Positions 1-11,226 of a stretch of 64,000 bases of DNA are shown piece by piece. Below the pieces are notes generated by a model. It was not told the DNA's origin. It worked only from the letters and a program-made list of their open reading frames with translations, and did no database searches. The position numbers and the translations under genes are program-made. The DNA is from Gammaproteobacteria bacterium (GTDB lineage Bacteria > Pseudomonadota > Gammaproteobacteria > UBA4575). Each line of letters starts with the position of its first letter. Within the stretch, counting starts at the first letter, position 1. Where the stretch lies: contig CBDCUI010000007.1 in the NCBI GenBank assembly GCA_965222615.1, positions 736,001 to 800,000 on the forward strand, written 5' to 3'.

Positions 1-1039
1 ATCCGCAAGCAATTAACATAGAAGGTGCATCACTACCCAATGCTTGTGGGTTAATTTTAGAGCCGAGGGAAAGCTGGCTAAAGGGATTTGCAATCGTAGT
101 GGTAATACCTACTTCATTTGCGATTTTTTCATCAAGACCTGGAATTGCTGCACAGCCACCAGCTAAAAGTAGATGATCAACATTTACATGTTGACTGGCT
201 GAATAGTAAAACTGTAAAAAGCGATTCGCCTGTTGTGCTGCAGTATTTTTAAATGGTTCTAATAAATCAGAGACGTAATTTTCTGGTAGCCCACCCTCTT
301 TTTTTGCTAAACCTGCCTCTTCAAAGGTAAGTCCGTATTGGTGCATGATTTCTTCCGTGAGTTGTTTGCCACCGAAAGGTTGCTCCCGTGTATACACCAT
401 TTTGTGGTCCTGAATAATATTAAGGCTGGTCATTGTGGCACCAATATCAAGTACCGCAACCGTTTTCCCCATACCTTGATTTTCAACCGTGTCCGTAATC
501 AACGGAAATACGTTTTCAATTGCATAAGCCTCAACATCAACTACGATAGGGGTGAGTCCTGCAGCTTCTGCAGCAGCAACGCGCATGTCTACGTTTTCAC
601 TACGTGAAGCAGCCAATAGTACATCAATCGTTTCCGGATTATCTTCGGTAGGTCCGAGCACATCAAAATCTAGATTTACCTCTTCTAATGCATAAGGGAT
701 GTATTGGTCGGCTTCTAATTGTATTTGTCCTTCCAATTCTTCTTCATTGAGGTTGGCAGGCATATTGATCACTTTGGTGATGACCGCAGAGCCCGCTACG
801 GCTAAACAACAATTCTTGGCTTTGGAACTTGATTTCTTCATGACTTGTCGAATGCTTTCACCTACGGCATCGACATCTGAAATCACTTTTTCGGTAACGG
901 CATTGGGGGGCAAGGCTTCGACACCATAATGGTCTACACGATAACCACTATTCGTTTGCGAAAATTCCATCGCTTTAACTGACGAAGAGCTAATATCTAT
1001 ACCAATTACGGGTCCCTTATTTTTGTTGAACAGAAGCAC
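1..1039 (-). CDS. pilM: Type IV pilus assembly protein PilM (3' end runs off the window)
   Basis: Not in the ORF track. Manual minus-strand translation from GTG at 1039 gives VLLFNKNKGPVIGIDISSSSVKAMEFS...LDIGATMTS...LAGG, an actin-like PilM; divergent from mrcA as is typical. Confidence 0.93.
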   Translation of the reverse strand, partial: MLLFNKNKGPVIGIDISSSSVKAMEFSQTNSGYRVDHYGVEALPPNAVTEKVISDVDAVGESIRQVMKKSSSKAKNCCLAVAGSAVITKVINMPANLNEEELEGQIQLEADQYIPYALEEVNLDFDVLGPTEDNPETIDVLLAASRSENVDMRVAAAEAAGLTPIVVDVEAYAIENVFPLITDTVENQGMGKTVAVLDIGATMTSLNIIQDHKMVYTREQPFGGKQLTEEIMHQYGLTFEEAGLAKKEGGLPENYVSDLLEPFKNTAAQQANRFLQFYYSASQHVNVDHLLLAGGCAAIPGLDEKIANEVGITTTIANPFSQLSLGSKINPQALGSDAPSMLIACG

Positions 1040-1221
1040 GATTTTATTAATCTAACTAGTTTTACGATAGTTATAAATAAGTATTATATGTCTGTATTAA
1101 AGAATATACGTAACTCTATATCAATCGGAGGGTTAAGCAAAATACTTGCTGTACCGCTTAAATTAGGTTTTGATATCGAATTCGATCGATAATTTACTAC
1201 AGCAATGATCATTGTAAGGTT

Positions 1222-3684
1222 ATGCCCTTGTTTTTAAAGCTATTACGCCTAATATTCATCGGATTTTTCGGGATGTCCGTCGCAGCGGGGATCGTAGCTT
1301 TGGGTACCTATATCTACTTCGCACCTGGCCTACCCAGTGTAGCCACGCTCAAGGATGTAGAACTCCAGGTGCCACTTAGGGTGTACAGTCGTGATGCCAA
1401 GCTCATTGCGGTGTATGGAGAAAAACGCCGTCAGCCGCTCAAATATGGTGAATTTCCGCAGCAAGTGATCCAAGCGTTTCTGGCGGCTGAAGATGATCGG
1501 TTTTTTGAACATCCTGGGGTGGATTATCAAGGTCTGATTCGCGCCGCTATCGATGTTTTGCTTACTGGCGAGAAGCGTCAAGGTGGCAGTACCATTACTA
1601 TGCAGTTAGCGAGAAATTTCTTTTTAGGTAACGAACGAACCTATGTGCGTAAGTTGAGGGAAATATTATTAGCGCTTAGAGTTGAGCATGAGTTAACTAA
1701 AAACGAAATTTTAGAGCTCTACTTAAATAAAATCTACTTAGGTAATCGTGCCTATGGCGTTGGAGCGGCAGCGGATGTCTATTATGGCCTCGGCCTTGAC
1801 GAGCTCAATATTGCCCAAGTAGCGATGATTGCTGGTTTGCCTAAAGCTCCCTCACGCTACAATCCCATTATCAATCCAGACCGCGCTTTGTTACGTCGTA
1901 ACTACGTACTAGGCAGAATGCATGAGCTACGCTTTATTGATAATACGACGTATCAAGATGCAATCGACACGCCGGTTACGGCATCGCGACATTATCCACG
2001 CGTGGAGGCCAATGCCCCCTATATAGGCGAGATGGCAAGGGCCTATATTGTCGAAACCTATGGAAAAGATGCCTATAATAAAGGCTTCCATGTCTATACG
2101 ACCATTGACACAAAGCTACAAGAAACGGCAAAACGTGCACTTAAGAATGGTCTGCTTAATTATGATAAGCGACACGGTTTCCGTGGTCCGGAAACAAATA
2201 TTGGAGACATTTTCTCTGATTCAACAGAGCTAAATTTTGAACTAATAGATGAAGCTTTAACTGAACTGCACGAAATTGGTGGCCTCGTTCCGGCTATCGT
2301 GACTAAGGTTGAAGATACCAAGGTCGAATTTTATTTAGGTGGAGAGCGCTTAGGAAATTTATCGATAGACCAAGTTAAATGGGCCAAGCCCTATCTAAAT
2401 GAAAATGCGGTAGATAAAGAGCCACAAAGCTTTACTACAATATTTAAACCAGGAGATGTGATTCGAGTAGTAGAAAGCGACACGAATCAGTGGACTTTGA
2501 GTCAAGTTCCAGAAGTATCAGGTTCATTTGTTGCCATCGATCCACAAAACGGCAGTATTCTGGCTTTAGTAGGCGGCTTTGATTACAACCATAGTAAATT
2601 TAATCGTGCCATTCAGGCAAAACGTCAACCTGGTTCAAGCTTTAAACCTTTTATTTACTCGGCGGCATTAGAATCTGGCTATACGCCGGCAAGTATTATT
2701 AATGATGCGCCTGTCGTGTTTGAAGATGTGGCGCTGGAAGACACCTGGCGGCCGCAAAATTACAGTGGCAAGTTCTTTGGACCCACACGTTTACGAGATG
2801 CGCTCACCAAGTCACGCAATATGGTTTCAATTCGTTTATTAAAAGATATCGGTCGTCGACATGCCATGCAGCATGTCAATAAATTTGGTTTCGATCCAGA
2901 GCAACTTCCATATGACTTAACACTTGCGCTTGGTTCAGGTGCAGTGACGCCACTTGAGTTGGCAACGGGCTATGCGGTATTTGCCAATGGTGGTTACTAC
3001 ATTGAACCCTATATGATTGAGCGTATAGAAGATGCAAAAGGAAAGGTGTTATATCGATCTAGCCCGTTGATGGTATGTGAAGCAGATTGTCAGGCTCTAC
3101 AGAAACAAATGGAGTTAGAAGATAGTGAAATCTCCATCGATGATACGGAAGAAGATTCTGCGGTCACCGTTGCGATTCGTTCAGCAAAACGTGTGTTATC
3201 ACGAGAAAATGCCTATCAAATGGTAAGTATGATGCAAGATGTAATCCGGCGTGGTACGGGTTCCAAGGCCCGCGAAATTGGGCGCAATGATATCGCTGGT
3301 AAAACAGGTACTACCAATGATCAGCATGATGCATGGTTCAGTGGTTTCAATGGTGATTATGTCGCGACTGCTTGGGTGGGATTTGATCAGCTTAAGCCTC
3401 TTGGCAAAAGAGAAGTGGGTGGCGTCGCGGCTCTACCTATATGGATCGAATTTATGCGCTCGGCTTTGGAAGGTAAACCGGAGCATACGCTTGAACAGCC
3501 TGCGGGTATTGTTACTTTGCGAATCGATCCAGAGACTGGGCTTTTAGTCGATCAAGATAGCAATCAGGGCATTGAAGAGACTTTCCGTGAAGAGTATATG
3601 CCAACGTTGAGTGCAGAAATTGATAATCAATCCACCTATATAGAAAGTGGCGAAGAAATGGAAATTCCAGAGCAGCTATTTTAA
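1222..3684 (+). CDS. mrcA: Penicillin-binding protein 1A
   Basis: Transglycosylase motifs EDDRFFEH and GGSTITMQL; transpeptidase SSFK, SRN, KTG. Confidence 0.97.
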   Translation: MPLFLKLLRLIFIGFFGMSVAAGIVALGTYIYFAPGLPSVATLKDVELQVPLRVYSRDAKLIAVYGEKRRQPLKYGEFPQQVIQAFLAAEDDRFFEHPGVDYQGLIRAAIDVLLTGEKRQGGSTITMQLARNFFLGNERTYVRKLREILLALRVEHELTKNEILELYLNKIYLGNRAYGVGAAADVYYGLGLDELNIAQVAMIAGLPKAPSRYNPIINPDRALLRRNYVLGRMHELRFIDNTTYQDAIDTPVTASRHYPRVEANAPYIGEMARAYIVETYGKDAYNKGFHVYTTIDTKLQETAKRALKNGLLNYDKRHGFRGPETNIGDIFSDSTELNFELIDEALTELHEIGGLVPAIVTKVEDTKVEFYLGGERLGNLSIDQVKWAKPYLNENAVDKEPQSFTTIFKPGDVIRVVESDTNQWTLSQVPEVSGSFVAIDPQNGSILALVGGFDYNHSKFNRAIQAKRQPGSSFKPFIYSAALESGYTPASIINDAPVVFEDVALEDTWRPQNYSGKFFGPTRLRDALTKSRNMVSIRLLKDIGRRHAMQHVNKFGFDPEQLPYDLTLALGSGAVTPLELATGYAVFANGGYYIEPYMIERIEDAKGKVLYRSSPLMVCEADCQALQKQMELEDSEISIDDTEEDSAVTVAIRSAKRVLSRENAYQMVSMMQDVIRRGTGSKAREIGRNDIAGKTGTTNDQHDAWFSGFNGDYVATAWVGFDQLKPLGKREVGGVAALPIWIEFMRSALEGKPEHTLEQPAGIVTLRIDPETGLLVDQDSNQGIEETFREEYMPTLSAEIDNQSTYIESGEEMEIPEQLF

Positions 3685-4306
3685 AGCCGTGGAGCATAAA
3701 AAAAATGATCGATTAAGAAAAATGCTTGCGCATGAAGCTGCAAAGATCATTGCTACCGAGGGTGTATGTGATTTCCAACAAGCAAAACGTAAGGCCTGTG
3801 AACGTATAGGTAACTCTAATCGCGGATCTTTGCCCAGTAATAGCGAAATTGAACAGGCAGTATGTTCTTTTCAGCACACTTTTTTGCTTGATCATGATGC
3901 CATACTTGCACAACAACGCAAGACGGCACTTACTATTATGCGCTGGTTGCGAGAATATTCTCCCTATTTAGTAGGCCCAGTATTGGAAGGCACCGCTCAT
4001 GCCAACACCGCGATTACTATTCATGTTTCATCGGATGTGGTAGAAGAAGTAGTAGAAATAATTGAACGTAATGATATTGATTTAAAAATAGAAGAGCGAC
4101 GTCTGAAGTTTGGTAAAGAAACTGCCTATTTGCCAACTATAGTGTTTTTTTTCCAAGAAAATGAAATTGCAGTTACAATTTTTACCTTACGCCAACAACA
4201 TCAGGTTCCCAAAAGTAAAATTAAAAACCGTAGCTTGCAAAGGATGAATTTAAAAAACCTAGAAAATTTACTAGCAAAAGCCGAAACTAGTGATAGGCAG
4301 GACTGA
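3647..4306 (+). CDS. Conserved hypothetical protein (nucleotidyltransferase-like fold); true start probably slightly downstream
   Basis: EAAKIIA..AKRKA..LPSN.EIE and [12 protein letters not shown] motifs of a conserved proteobacterial family. Confidence 0.75.
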   Translation: MAKKWKFQSSYFKAVEHKKNDRLRKMLAHEAAKIIATEGVCDFQQAKRKACERIGNSNRGSLPSNSEIEQAVCSFQHTFLLDHDAILAQQRKTALTIMRWLREYSPYLVGPVLEGTAHANTAITIHVSSDVVEEVVEIIERNDIDLKIEERRLKFGKETAYLPTIVFFFQENEIAVTIFTLRQQHQVPKSKIKNRSLQRMNLKNLENLLAKAETSDRQD

Positions 4307-5348
4307 GTTCTTTCACAGCCTCCACTAAAACAGTGACTTTTTCAGGATCAACAAATTGTTGAATCCCATGTCCTAAGTTAAAGACATGTCCACTACCATG
4401 TCCAAACTTATCTAATATTTTTTTTACCTCCGTTCGAATAACATCATCACCTGCATATAAAACATTAGGATCTAAGTTACCTTGCAGCGCAACTTTTTCA
4501 CCAACCAAAGCACGCGCTTGGTCAATTTCGGTAGTCCAATCTAGGCCTAATGCATGACAACCTGTTGCAGCCATTTCATTGAGCCAATTTCCGCCACCTT
4601 TCGTGAATAGAATGATTGGCACATTAGTTTCAGAGTTTATATGCATGAGATTTGCAACTATTTTTTGCATAGGAGAGAGTGAAAATTTGAGATACGCTTC
4701 TTTGGATAATACCCCTCCCCAAGTATCAAAAATCATCACGGCCTGAACGCCAGCGTCAATTTGCGCACGTAAGTAATCGCTAACTGCAATCGCTAAAATC
4801 TCTAACAACTGTTTTAGTATTTGTGGTTCTTTATACAGCATGGTCTTAATGTTGCGAAACTCTCGACTACTTTGACCTTCAACCATATAAGTAGCCAGTG
4901 TCCAAGGACTGCCTGAGAATCCGATTAGGGGTACTCTCCCATTTAGTTCTTGTCGAATTAAACGCACTGCATCGAACACATATGCGAGATCATTGATGGG
5001 CTTTAGTGTTGCAATACGTTTGATGTCACCCACACTGCTTATCGGCTTGCTGAATTTAGGTCCTTCGCCTTCACTGAAATACAGACCCAAGCCCATCGCG
5101 TCAGGGATGGTTAATATGTCAGAAAATAAAATCGCTGCATCCAGATCATAACGCCCCAATGGTTGCAGTGTTACTTCACAAGCAAGTTCGGGTGTTTTAC
5201 AAAGCGTTAAAAAATTCCCTGCCCGTTTGCGTGTCTCCCGATATTCCGGCAAATAACGGCCTGCTTGACGCATAATCCACAGGGGCGTGCGTTCAATAGG
5301 CTGCTTTAAGAGCGCACGTAAAAAAAGATCGTTTTGTAAATCGGACAT
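4287..5348 (-). CDS. hemE: Uroporphyrinogen decarboxylase
   Basis: [29 protein letters not shown]. Confidence 0.97.
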   Translation of the reverse strand: MSDLQNDLFLRALLKQPIERTPLWIMRQAGRYLPEYRETRKRAGNFLTLCKTPELACEVTLQPLGRYDLDAAILFSDILTIPDAMGLGLYFSEGEGPKFSKPISSVGDIKRIATLKPINDLAYVFDAVRLIRQELNGRVPLIGFSGSPWTLATYMVEGQSSREFRNIKTMLYKEPQILKQLLEILAIAVSDYLRAQIDAGVQAVMIFDTWGGVLSKEAYLKFSLSPMQKIVANLMHINSETNVPIILFTKGGGNWLNEMAATGCHALGLDWTTEIDQARALVGEKVALQGNLDPNVLYAGDDVIRTEVKKILDKFGHGSGHVFNLGHGIQQFVDPEKVTVLVEAVKELSPAYH

Positions 5349-5461
5349 GAGTCTATAGTTGCTTGTAGTGATATGGAATAACTATAGATGATCTACTTGT
5401 TACTACAAATGCAGATTATCTAATATCAATTTAATTGCAGTACTAACGGTTTCTGTTGGTA

Positions 5462-5911
5462 CTAACTATTCAATTTAGTCTTTATTTTAGCGCTCACTTT
5501 TCCCATATCTGCTCTGCCAGTAAGTTTGGGTTTCAGGATTCCCATGACTTTCCCCATGTCTTTAATGCTGGTGGCACCACTCGCAGACAAGGCTTCGCCA
5601 ATTAGTTCATCTATTTCGTCTTCACTCAATGCTTTGGGCAGATATGTATTGATCAATGCCAGTTCTTGTACTTCTTTGTCTACTAAATCCTGGCGATTGG
5701 CTTTTTCAAATTGAGTAATAGATTCACGGCGTTGTTTTTGCATTTTTGTTAACACATTGATGATGTCGTCATCGCTAAGTTCTTTACGTGTATCTACTTC
5801 TTGCTGTTTAACTGCAGCAAGGATTAAACGAATCGTTTGCAGTGAAGACTTTTCTCCACTACGCATAGCAGACTTCATGTCTTCAGTGAGCTTAGATTTT
5901 AGAGTTGACAC
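5462..5911 (-). CDS. GatB/YqeY domain protein
   Basis: KQRRESITQF, DMGKVMG; downstream of rpsU. Confidence 0.92.
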   Translation of the reverse strand: MSTLKSKLTEDMKSAMRSGEKSSLQTIRLILAAVKQQEVDTRKELSDDDIINVLTKMQKQRRESITQFEKANRQDLVDKEVQELALINTYLPKALSEDEIDELIGEALSASGATSIKDMGKVMGILKPKLTGRADMGKVSAKIKTKLNS

Positions 5912-5935
5912 CAGCGAGGTGTTAGAAATATTCAG

Positions 5936-6151
5936 TTAATACAAGCGGCGGCGGCGCAGGCTCGTTCGAGCTACGCGCTTGAGATTACGCTTGACTGCAG
6001 CAGCAGCTTTGCGTTTGCGGACCTCAGTTGGCTTTTCATAATACTCGCGTCTACGTACTTCAGTGATAGTGCCAGCTTTCTCACAGGAACGACGAAAACG
6101 TCGCAATGCGAAATCGAAAGGTTCATTTTCTTTTACACGTACACCTGGCAT
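5936..6151 (-). CDS. rpsU: 30S ribosomal protein S21
   Basis: [24 protein letters not shown]. Confidence 0.98.
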   Translation of the reverse strand: MPGVRVKENEPFDFALRRFRRSCEKAGTITEVRRREYYEKPTEVRKRKAAAAVKRNLKRVARTSLRRRRLY

Positions 6152-6315
6152 ATGAATTAGCTATTGTTAAAAAGTCAACTTTTGCAATCAAAAAGAGCCG
6201 CGATTATACCGATAGGCCTCGATAATTCAAATATTTAAGCTTAAAGCCTATAAATATCACGACCGAAATAAAACCGAGGCTGTGTATTACGTGAATTCAC
6301 GTGATAATACTGCGT

Positions 6316-7326
6316 ATGCGTGTACTAGGGATTGAAACTTCATGCGATGAAACTGCTGTCGCGATCATTTGCGAGGAATCTGGTTTGCTCGCGAATCAGA
6401 TCTACTCACAAACCTCTTTGCATAATGAATATGGCGGCGTAGTGCCTGAGCTTGCCTCACGTGATCACATACGAAAACTAGGGCCTTTGATTAGGCAGGC
6501 TTTGCAGCAGGCACAGCTCGCGAGTATCCAGGAGGTCGATGCGATTGCCTACACTTCTGGGCCTGGCTTGATGGGGGCGTTGTTTGTTGGCGCGGGTGTG
6601 GGTAGGAGTCTGGCTTGGGCCATGGGGAAACCGGCGATTGCGGTACACCATATGGAAGCACATCTACTCGCGCCGTTGTTGGAAGAAGTTGCGCCAGACT
6701 ATCCTTATGTCGCTTTACTGGTGTCAGGTGGGCATACCTTGTTAGTGAAAGTTAAAGCTGTTGGCAACTATAAAATTCTAGGTGAAAGCATCGATGATGC
6801 CGTAGGGGAAGCATTTGATAAGGTCGCAAAAATGCTGGGCTTAGCCTATCCAGGCGGTCCTGCCATTGCCAAATTAGCCGTACAGGGAAATCCCAAGCGC
6901 TTTAATTTTCCAAGACCCATGATTGATCGCGCAGATTTAAATTTTAGTTTTAGTGGTTTAAAGACTCATGTGTTGCACACTTTACAAGGATGCGAAGATC
7001 TCGATGAGCAAACTCGTGCCGATGTGGCCTGTGCATTTGAGGATGCAGTCGTCGATACATTAATTATAAAAGCTGAGCGTGCACTTATGGCATGTGATGC
7101 AAAAACATTGGTAGTAGCAGGGGGAGTAGGTGCCAATTTGAAATTGCGTCAGCAATTGAAACAACGCTTACAGAAGAAGGCGGTTCAGGTATTTTATCCT
7201 AAACCGGAATTTTGTACTGATAATGCCGCGATGGTTGCTCAATTGGGTTTATTACGCATACAAAATGGTTATCAGGAGCCCTTGCGTATCAAAGTACAGC
7301 CACGTTGGTCCCTCGAAGATATCTAA
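6316..7326 (+). CDS. tsaD: tRNA threonylcarbamoyltransferase TsaD
   Basis: [31 protein letters not shown]; start set at ATG 6316. Confidence 0.97.
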   Translation: MRVLGIETSCDETAVAIICEESGLLANQIYSQTSLHNEYGGVVPELASRDHIRKLGPLIRQALQQAQLASIQEVDAIAYTSGPGLMGALFVGAGVGRSLAWAMGKPAIAVHHMEAHLLAPLLEEVAPDYPYVALLVSGGHTLLVKVKAVGNYKILGESIDDAVGEAFDKVAKMLGLAYPGGPAIAKLAVQGNPKRFNFPRPMIDRADLNFSFSGLKTHVLHTLQGCEDLDEQTRADVACAFEDAVVDTLIIKAERALMACDAKTLVVAGGVGANLKLRQQLKQRLQKKAVQVFYPKPEFCTDNAAMVAQLGLLRIQNGYQEPLRIKVQPRWSLEDI

Positions 7327-7429
7327 AGGAAGCCCTGATTTATTCTGATACGTTGTTAAAAAATGTCTCAAATTTTTCGACATTTTTTGCCTCGTCTCAG
7401 TCGCTATTGCTAATAAATCAAGGCTTCCT
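7327..7429. mobile_element. MITE-like palindromic element, copy 1 (internally deleted)
   Basis: 18-bp terminal inverted repeats AGGAAGCCCTGATTTATT / AATAAATCAAGGCTTCCT (1 mismatch); strongly similar to the reverse complement of 31461-31596. Confidence 0.8.
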
Positions 7430-8036
7430 AGTCCTCTCCAATTTTTGTTTCATCTCCAGAAATTAGATTCTTAATATTACTGCGATGTTTCCAATAAACG
7501 ATTAAGCCAATCACGCAAAGTAAGGCAATTTTCCAAACTTCGTAATTAAAGTACCAAGCAATAATGGGAGTAAGTAACATTGCTATTAAAGCCGCCAAAG
7601 AAGAATAACGAAACATGAAGGCAACAACTAACCAAAAGGCAGACCACACCACTGCTAATGACCAATCGAAACCTAATAAAACTCCAAGTGTAGTTGCAAC
7701 GCCCTTGCCACCTTTAAAACCATAGTAAAGCGGATACATATGTCCCAATAAAGCTGCTAAAGCAGTGGCTATAATTAACTGAGCATCTCCATCGAAGAAC
7801 ATGGCAATAGCTACGGGGATAAAGCCTTTTAATATGTCGCCTAATAAAGTAACTGCTGCAGCCAATTTACCTCCAGTGCGCAGCACATTGGTCGCACCGG
7901 GATTGCCTGAGCCCAAAGTACGAGGATCCGGAAGTCCTTTTACTTGGCTGACTAAAATCGCGCTGTTGATTGAGCCAAGCAAATATGCACCGATTACAAG
8001 TAGAATCTGAACAACAACGTTATCAAAAAAGTTCAT
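7428..8036 (-). CDS. plsY: Glycerol-3-phosphate acyltransferase PlsY
   Basis: GSGNPGATNVLR, GGKGVAT, HRSNI. Confidence 0.97.
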   Translation of the reverse strand: MNFFDNVVVQILLVIGAYLLGSINSAILVSQVKGLPDPRTLGSGNPGATNVLRTGGKLAAAVTLLGDILKGFIPVAIAMFFDGDAQLIIATALAALLGHMYPLYYGFKGGKGVATTLGVLLGFDWSLAVVWSAFWLVVAFMFRYSSLAALIAMLLTPIIAWYFNYEVWKIALLCVIGLIVYWKHRSNIKNLISGDETKIGED

Positions 8037-8050
8037 CCTAAAAATTCACT

Positions 8051-8812
8051 ATGGCGAAACTACATATCTCAAAATTTGGTAAAGGCCCAGATCTAATATT
8101 GTTACATGGATGGGGTTCAAGTTCGAAAGTTTGGCGGTTATGTTTAGAAAAGCTGAGTTTAAATTTTTGCGTGTGGTGTATAGATTTGCCTGGGCATGGA
8201 GAAAGCCATGCAGTTAAGTGGGATTATAGTGTTGCACAAGGTGTGGAAATGTTGGCTCAAAGTTTGCCGAAAACCTGTTCGGTTATAGGTTGGTCACTTG
8301 GTGGTCTGTATGCACAATTATATGCCACACAGTACCCACAACGTGTGAAAAAACTGATGTTAATTGCAAGTATTCCGAAATTTATAGCTGATTCAGGTTG
8401 GCCACATGGAATGCCAAAAGATGAGTTTGAAAATTTTTCTCGACAATTTGTAAAATCCCCGCGCAAAACCTTACAGAAATTTTATTCCCTGCAAGTGTTG
8501 AATACTAATTTATCCAAGAAAACCCATTCAATTTTGCTGAACGCATTATCTAATCAACAAAAACACCTAAACAATATTCAGTGGGGGTTGCATTGGTTGC
8601 GGGATATAGATTTGCGTACAGAAGCAGCTCTTACTGATAGGCCGATTCATATACTACATGGCGATAAAGATGCCATATGTTCATTTTTTGCCGCACAAGA
8701 TATGGTCAAACAGTGGGGCAACACACATTTAGAAAAAATATCGAATGCTGGTCATGCACCCTTTATTTCACATTTAAATCAATTTCTAAAACAAGTTGAA
8801 GCTTGGTGTTAA
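8051..8812 (+). CDS. bioH: Pimeloyl-ACP methyl ester carboxylesterase
   Basis: LHGWG, DLPGHG, GWSLGG, GHAPF; adjacent to bioC. Confidence 0.88.
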   Translation: MAKLHISKFGKGPDLILLHGWGSSSKVWRLCLEKLSLNFCVWCIDLPGHGESHAVKWDYSVAQGVEMLAQSLPKTCSVIGWSLGGLYAQLYATQYPQRVKKLMLIASIPKFIADSGWPHGMPKDEFENFSRQFVKSPRKTLQKFYSLQVLNTNLSKKTHSILLNALSNQQKHLNNIQWGLHWLRDIDLRTEAALTDRPIHILHGDKDAICSFFAAQDMVKQWGNTHLEKISNAGHAPFISHLNQFLKQVEAWC

Positions 8813-8816
8813 TTGC

Positions 8817-9692
8817 ATGGCCAATGTAAAAATTAACAAAAAGCACGTACGCAAGGACTTCTCTAATGCTGCATGTAGCTATGATGAAGCAGCCATTGTG
8901 CAGCACGAAATATGTGATCGCACTTTGGAAAGAGTTGATATGCTCAATAAACAACCACTATCGATTTTAGATATAGGGTCGGGTACCGGTCGTAGTTTAC
9001 AAGGGCTTAGATCTCGTTTTCCCAATTGCACTCTCACCGCATGTGATTTTGCCTTACCCATGCTAGAGCAGTGTAAACAAGGGTTATATAGTAAATACCA
9101 AACCCATTTGGTATGTAATGATGCAGAACAGTTGGCTTTTGCAGATGCAAGCTTTGATCTGATATTTTCTACTTCTACGTTTCAATGGTGTACTGATTTG
9201 AATCAAGTATTGTCAGAGTGCATGCGCGTATTATGTAACAATGGCGTACTGATTTTTTCTACTTTTGGGCCAGATACTTTGGTGCAGTTACGCAACAGTT
9301 GGGCGCAAGTGGACGATTTTGACCATGTACATAAGTTTATGGATATGCATGACATAGGAGATTTATTGCTTGCCACTCAATTCTTAGATCCGGTAGTCGA
9401 TATGGAAACAATAGATGTACAGTATCCATCCTTACGGCAATTATTACAGGATTTAAAAGACACAGGGAGCCGCGGGAAATTTACTAATATTGTGGCCTCG
9501 AATACTAAAGGACTGATGAGTAAACAAAAATACCAGCGTTTGCAACAAGCCTATGAAAGTTACCGTCAAAAAAATGGACTACTACCTGCAAGTTATGAAG
9601 TGATTTACGGCTATGCCCGTAAGCCTGATGGTGGGCAATCAAAAAATAAGAATCAAGAATACAAAGTGCCAATAAGCGATATAGGAAGATAG
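8817..9692 (+). CDS. bioC: Malonyl-ACP O-methyltransferase
   Basis: LDIGSGTG, FSTFGPDTL, FMDMHDIGD, YEVIYG. Confidence 0.93.
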   Translation: MANVKINKKHVRKDFSNAACSYDEAAIVQHEICDRTLERVDMLNKQPLSILDIGSGTGRSLQGLRSRFPNCTLTACDFALPMLEQCKQGLYSKYQTHLVCNDAEQLAFADASFDLIFSTSTFQWCTDLNQVLSECMRVLCNNGVLIFSTFGPDTLVQLRNSWAQVDDFDHVHKFMDMHDIGDLLLATQFLDPVVDMETIDVQYPSLRQLLQDLKDTGSRGKFTNIVASNTKGLMSKQKYQRLQQAYESYRQKNGLLPASYEVIYGYARKPDGGQSKNKNQEYKVPISDIGR

Positions 9693-9854
9693 ATAATTTA
9701 GTTTGATAACGATATAAGTGTTCATAAAATATCCGTAGAGAAAGACTATCTCTACTGGCTAGCAGCATAGCTATTAAATTTTACTTATGGAGAGATACAA
9801 TTAGGGAAATAGTTGATGCTAAATGTATAGTAGTTATTAAAGATTTTTAATTTG

Positions 9855-10337
9855 ATGATTGCGACTAAAGTTTCTAGCCCTACTCAATTTATAGTACAAC
9901 GTAACCAATCGCTTTCATGGTATGGAAATAAGGTATTTATTGCCTATATGGCGATATTATTACTAGGGATCGGCTGTATATTTGCGTATTTAGGGATGTG
10001 GCTAATATTACCGTTTGCAGGATTGTACGTACTAGCCCTTGCTATCGGGTTGTATGTTTGTTGTTTGCGTAGTCATGATCGCGAAGTGATTACGATTGAT
10101 GAAGAAAAATTGTTAGTTGAAAAAGGCAGAATAAAACCAAGACAACAATGGAAATTTGATCGAGCCTGGCTGCAACTAGAATTAAAGAAACCGCTTTATA
10201 ATGGTTATCCTAGTAAGTTAATGGTTCGCTCAAAAGGAAGAGAATGCGAAATCGCTAAGCACTTAACCAATGATGAGCGAAAAAGTTTGGCGCAATCAAT
10301 TGTTGAGGTGCTACAGATACCACTGATTAATAGATAA
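9855..10337 (+). CDS. DUF2244 family membrane protein
   Basis: N.SLSW, WLILPFAG, L..DERKSLA; upstream of the cox operon. Confidence 0.85.
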   Translation: MIATKVSSPTQFIVQRNQSLSWYGNKVFIAYMAILLLGIGCIFAYLGMWLILPFAGLYVLALAIGLYVCCLRSHDREVITIDEEKLLVEKGRIKPRQQWKFDRAWLQLELKKPLYNGYPSKLMVRSKGRECEIAKHLTNDERKSLAQSIVEVLQIPLINR

Positions 10338-10361
10338 AGTTTGTAATTGGGATTGTATTAA

Positions 10362-11198
10362 ATGAAACAAAAAACTTGGATTAAACGCATAAGCTATAGT
10401 TTATTGACTGTACTAGTTATTTTTAATTCACAATTAGTGTGGGCTGTGCAGCCTTACAATATGCCTGAAGGTGTTACCGCAGCGAGTAAGACGGCATTTG
10501 ATTTACATATGCTTGTTTTTTACATCTGTTGCGGGATAGGTGTAGTGGTATTTTCAATATTGACTTATTCAATTGTGATGCACCGTAAATCTATAGGGCA
10601 TAAGCCTGCCGTTTTCCATGAAAGTTTAGTCTTAGAATTTCTTTGGACTATTATTCCATTTGCAATTTTAATTGTGATTGCGATTCCTGCGGCGAGAGCA
10701 CTTATTGAAATGGAAGATACAACCAATTCAGATATGACAATTAAGATAACTGGTTATCAATGGATGTGGCGCTATGAGTATATTGATCACGACATTGATT
10801 TTTATAGTGTACTAAGTACGCCACGTGGAGAAATCTATAATAAGCAACAAAAAAACGAGAACTACTTGTTAGAAGTTGATAACGAATTGGTAATTCCCAT
10901 AAATCATAAAGTGCGAATTTTGCTTACCTCAAATGATGTAATCCACGCATGGTGGGTACCTGAACTCGCGTTTAAAAAAGACGCCATTCCTGGTTATATC
11001 AATCAAGGTTGGACCGAAGTTACCAAGCCTGGTGTTTATCGCGGCCAGTGTGCCGAACTTTGTGGGCGTGATCATGGCTTTATGCCGATAGTGGTACGTG
11101 CTGTAGAGCCAGAGGAATTTGAGCAATGGGTTGCAGAACAGAACGTAGATAAAAATTTAGCTGCTAATGAGCGTGCAGCCAATGTCTTAACAGATTAA
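10362..11198 (+). CDS. coxB: Cytochrome c oxidase subunit II
   Basis: YQWMWRY, DVIHAWW, CuA motif CAELCGRDHGFM. Confidence 0.97.
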   Translation: MKQKTWIKRISYSLLTVLVIFNSQLVWAVQPYNMPEGVTAASKTAFDLHMLVFYICCGIGVVVFSILTYSIVMHRKSIGHKPAVFHESLVLEFLWTIIPFAILIVIAIPAARALIEMEDTTNSDMTIKITGYQWMWRYEYIDHDIDFYSVLSTPRGEIYNKQQKNENYLLEVDNELVIPINHKVRILLTSNDVIHAWWVPELAFKKDAIPGYINQGWTEVTKPGVYRGQCAELCGRDHGFMPIVVRAVEPEEFEQWVAEQNVDKNLAANERAANVLTD

Positions 11199-11226
11199 AT
11201 ATTAAAAAAGCTTAGGAGTTTAAATC

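Noticed and set aside
338-929. Plus-strand ORFs 338..607 and 699..929 and similar short nested ORFs across the window
   Set aside because: They are antisense or out-of-frame shadows of well-supported genes such as pilM, mrcA, coxA, ftsY and accC.
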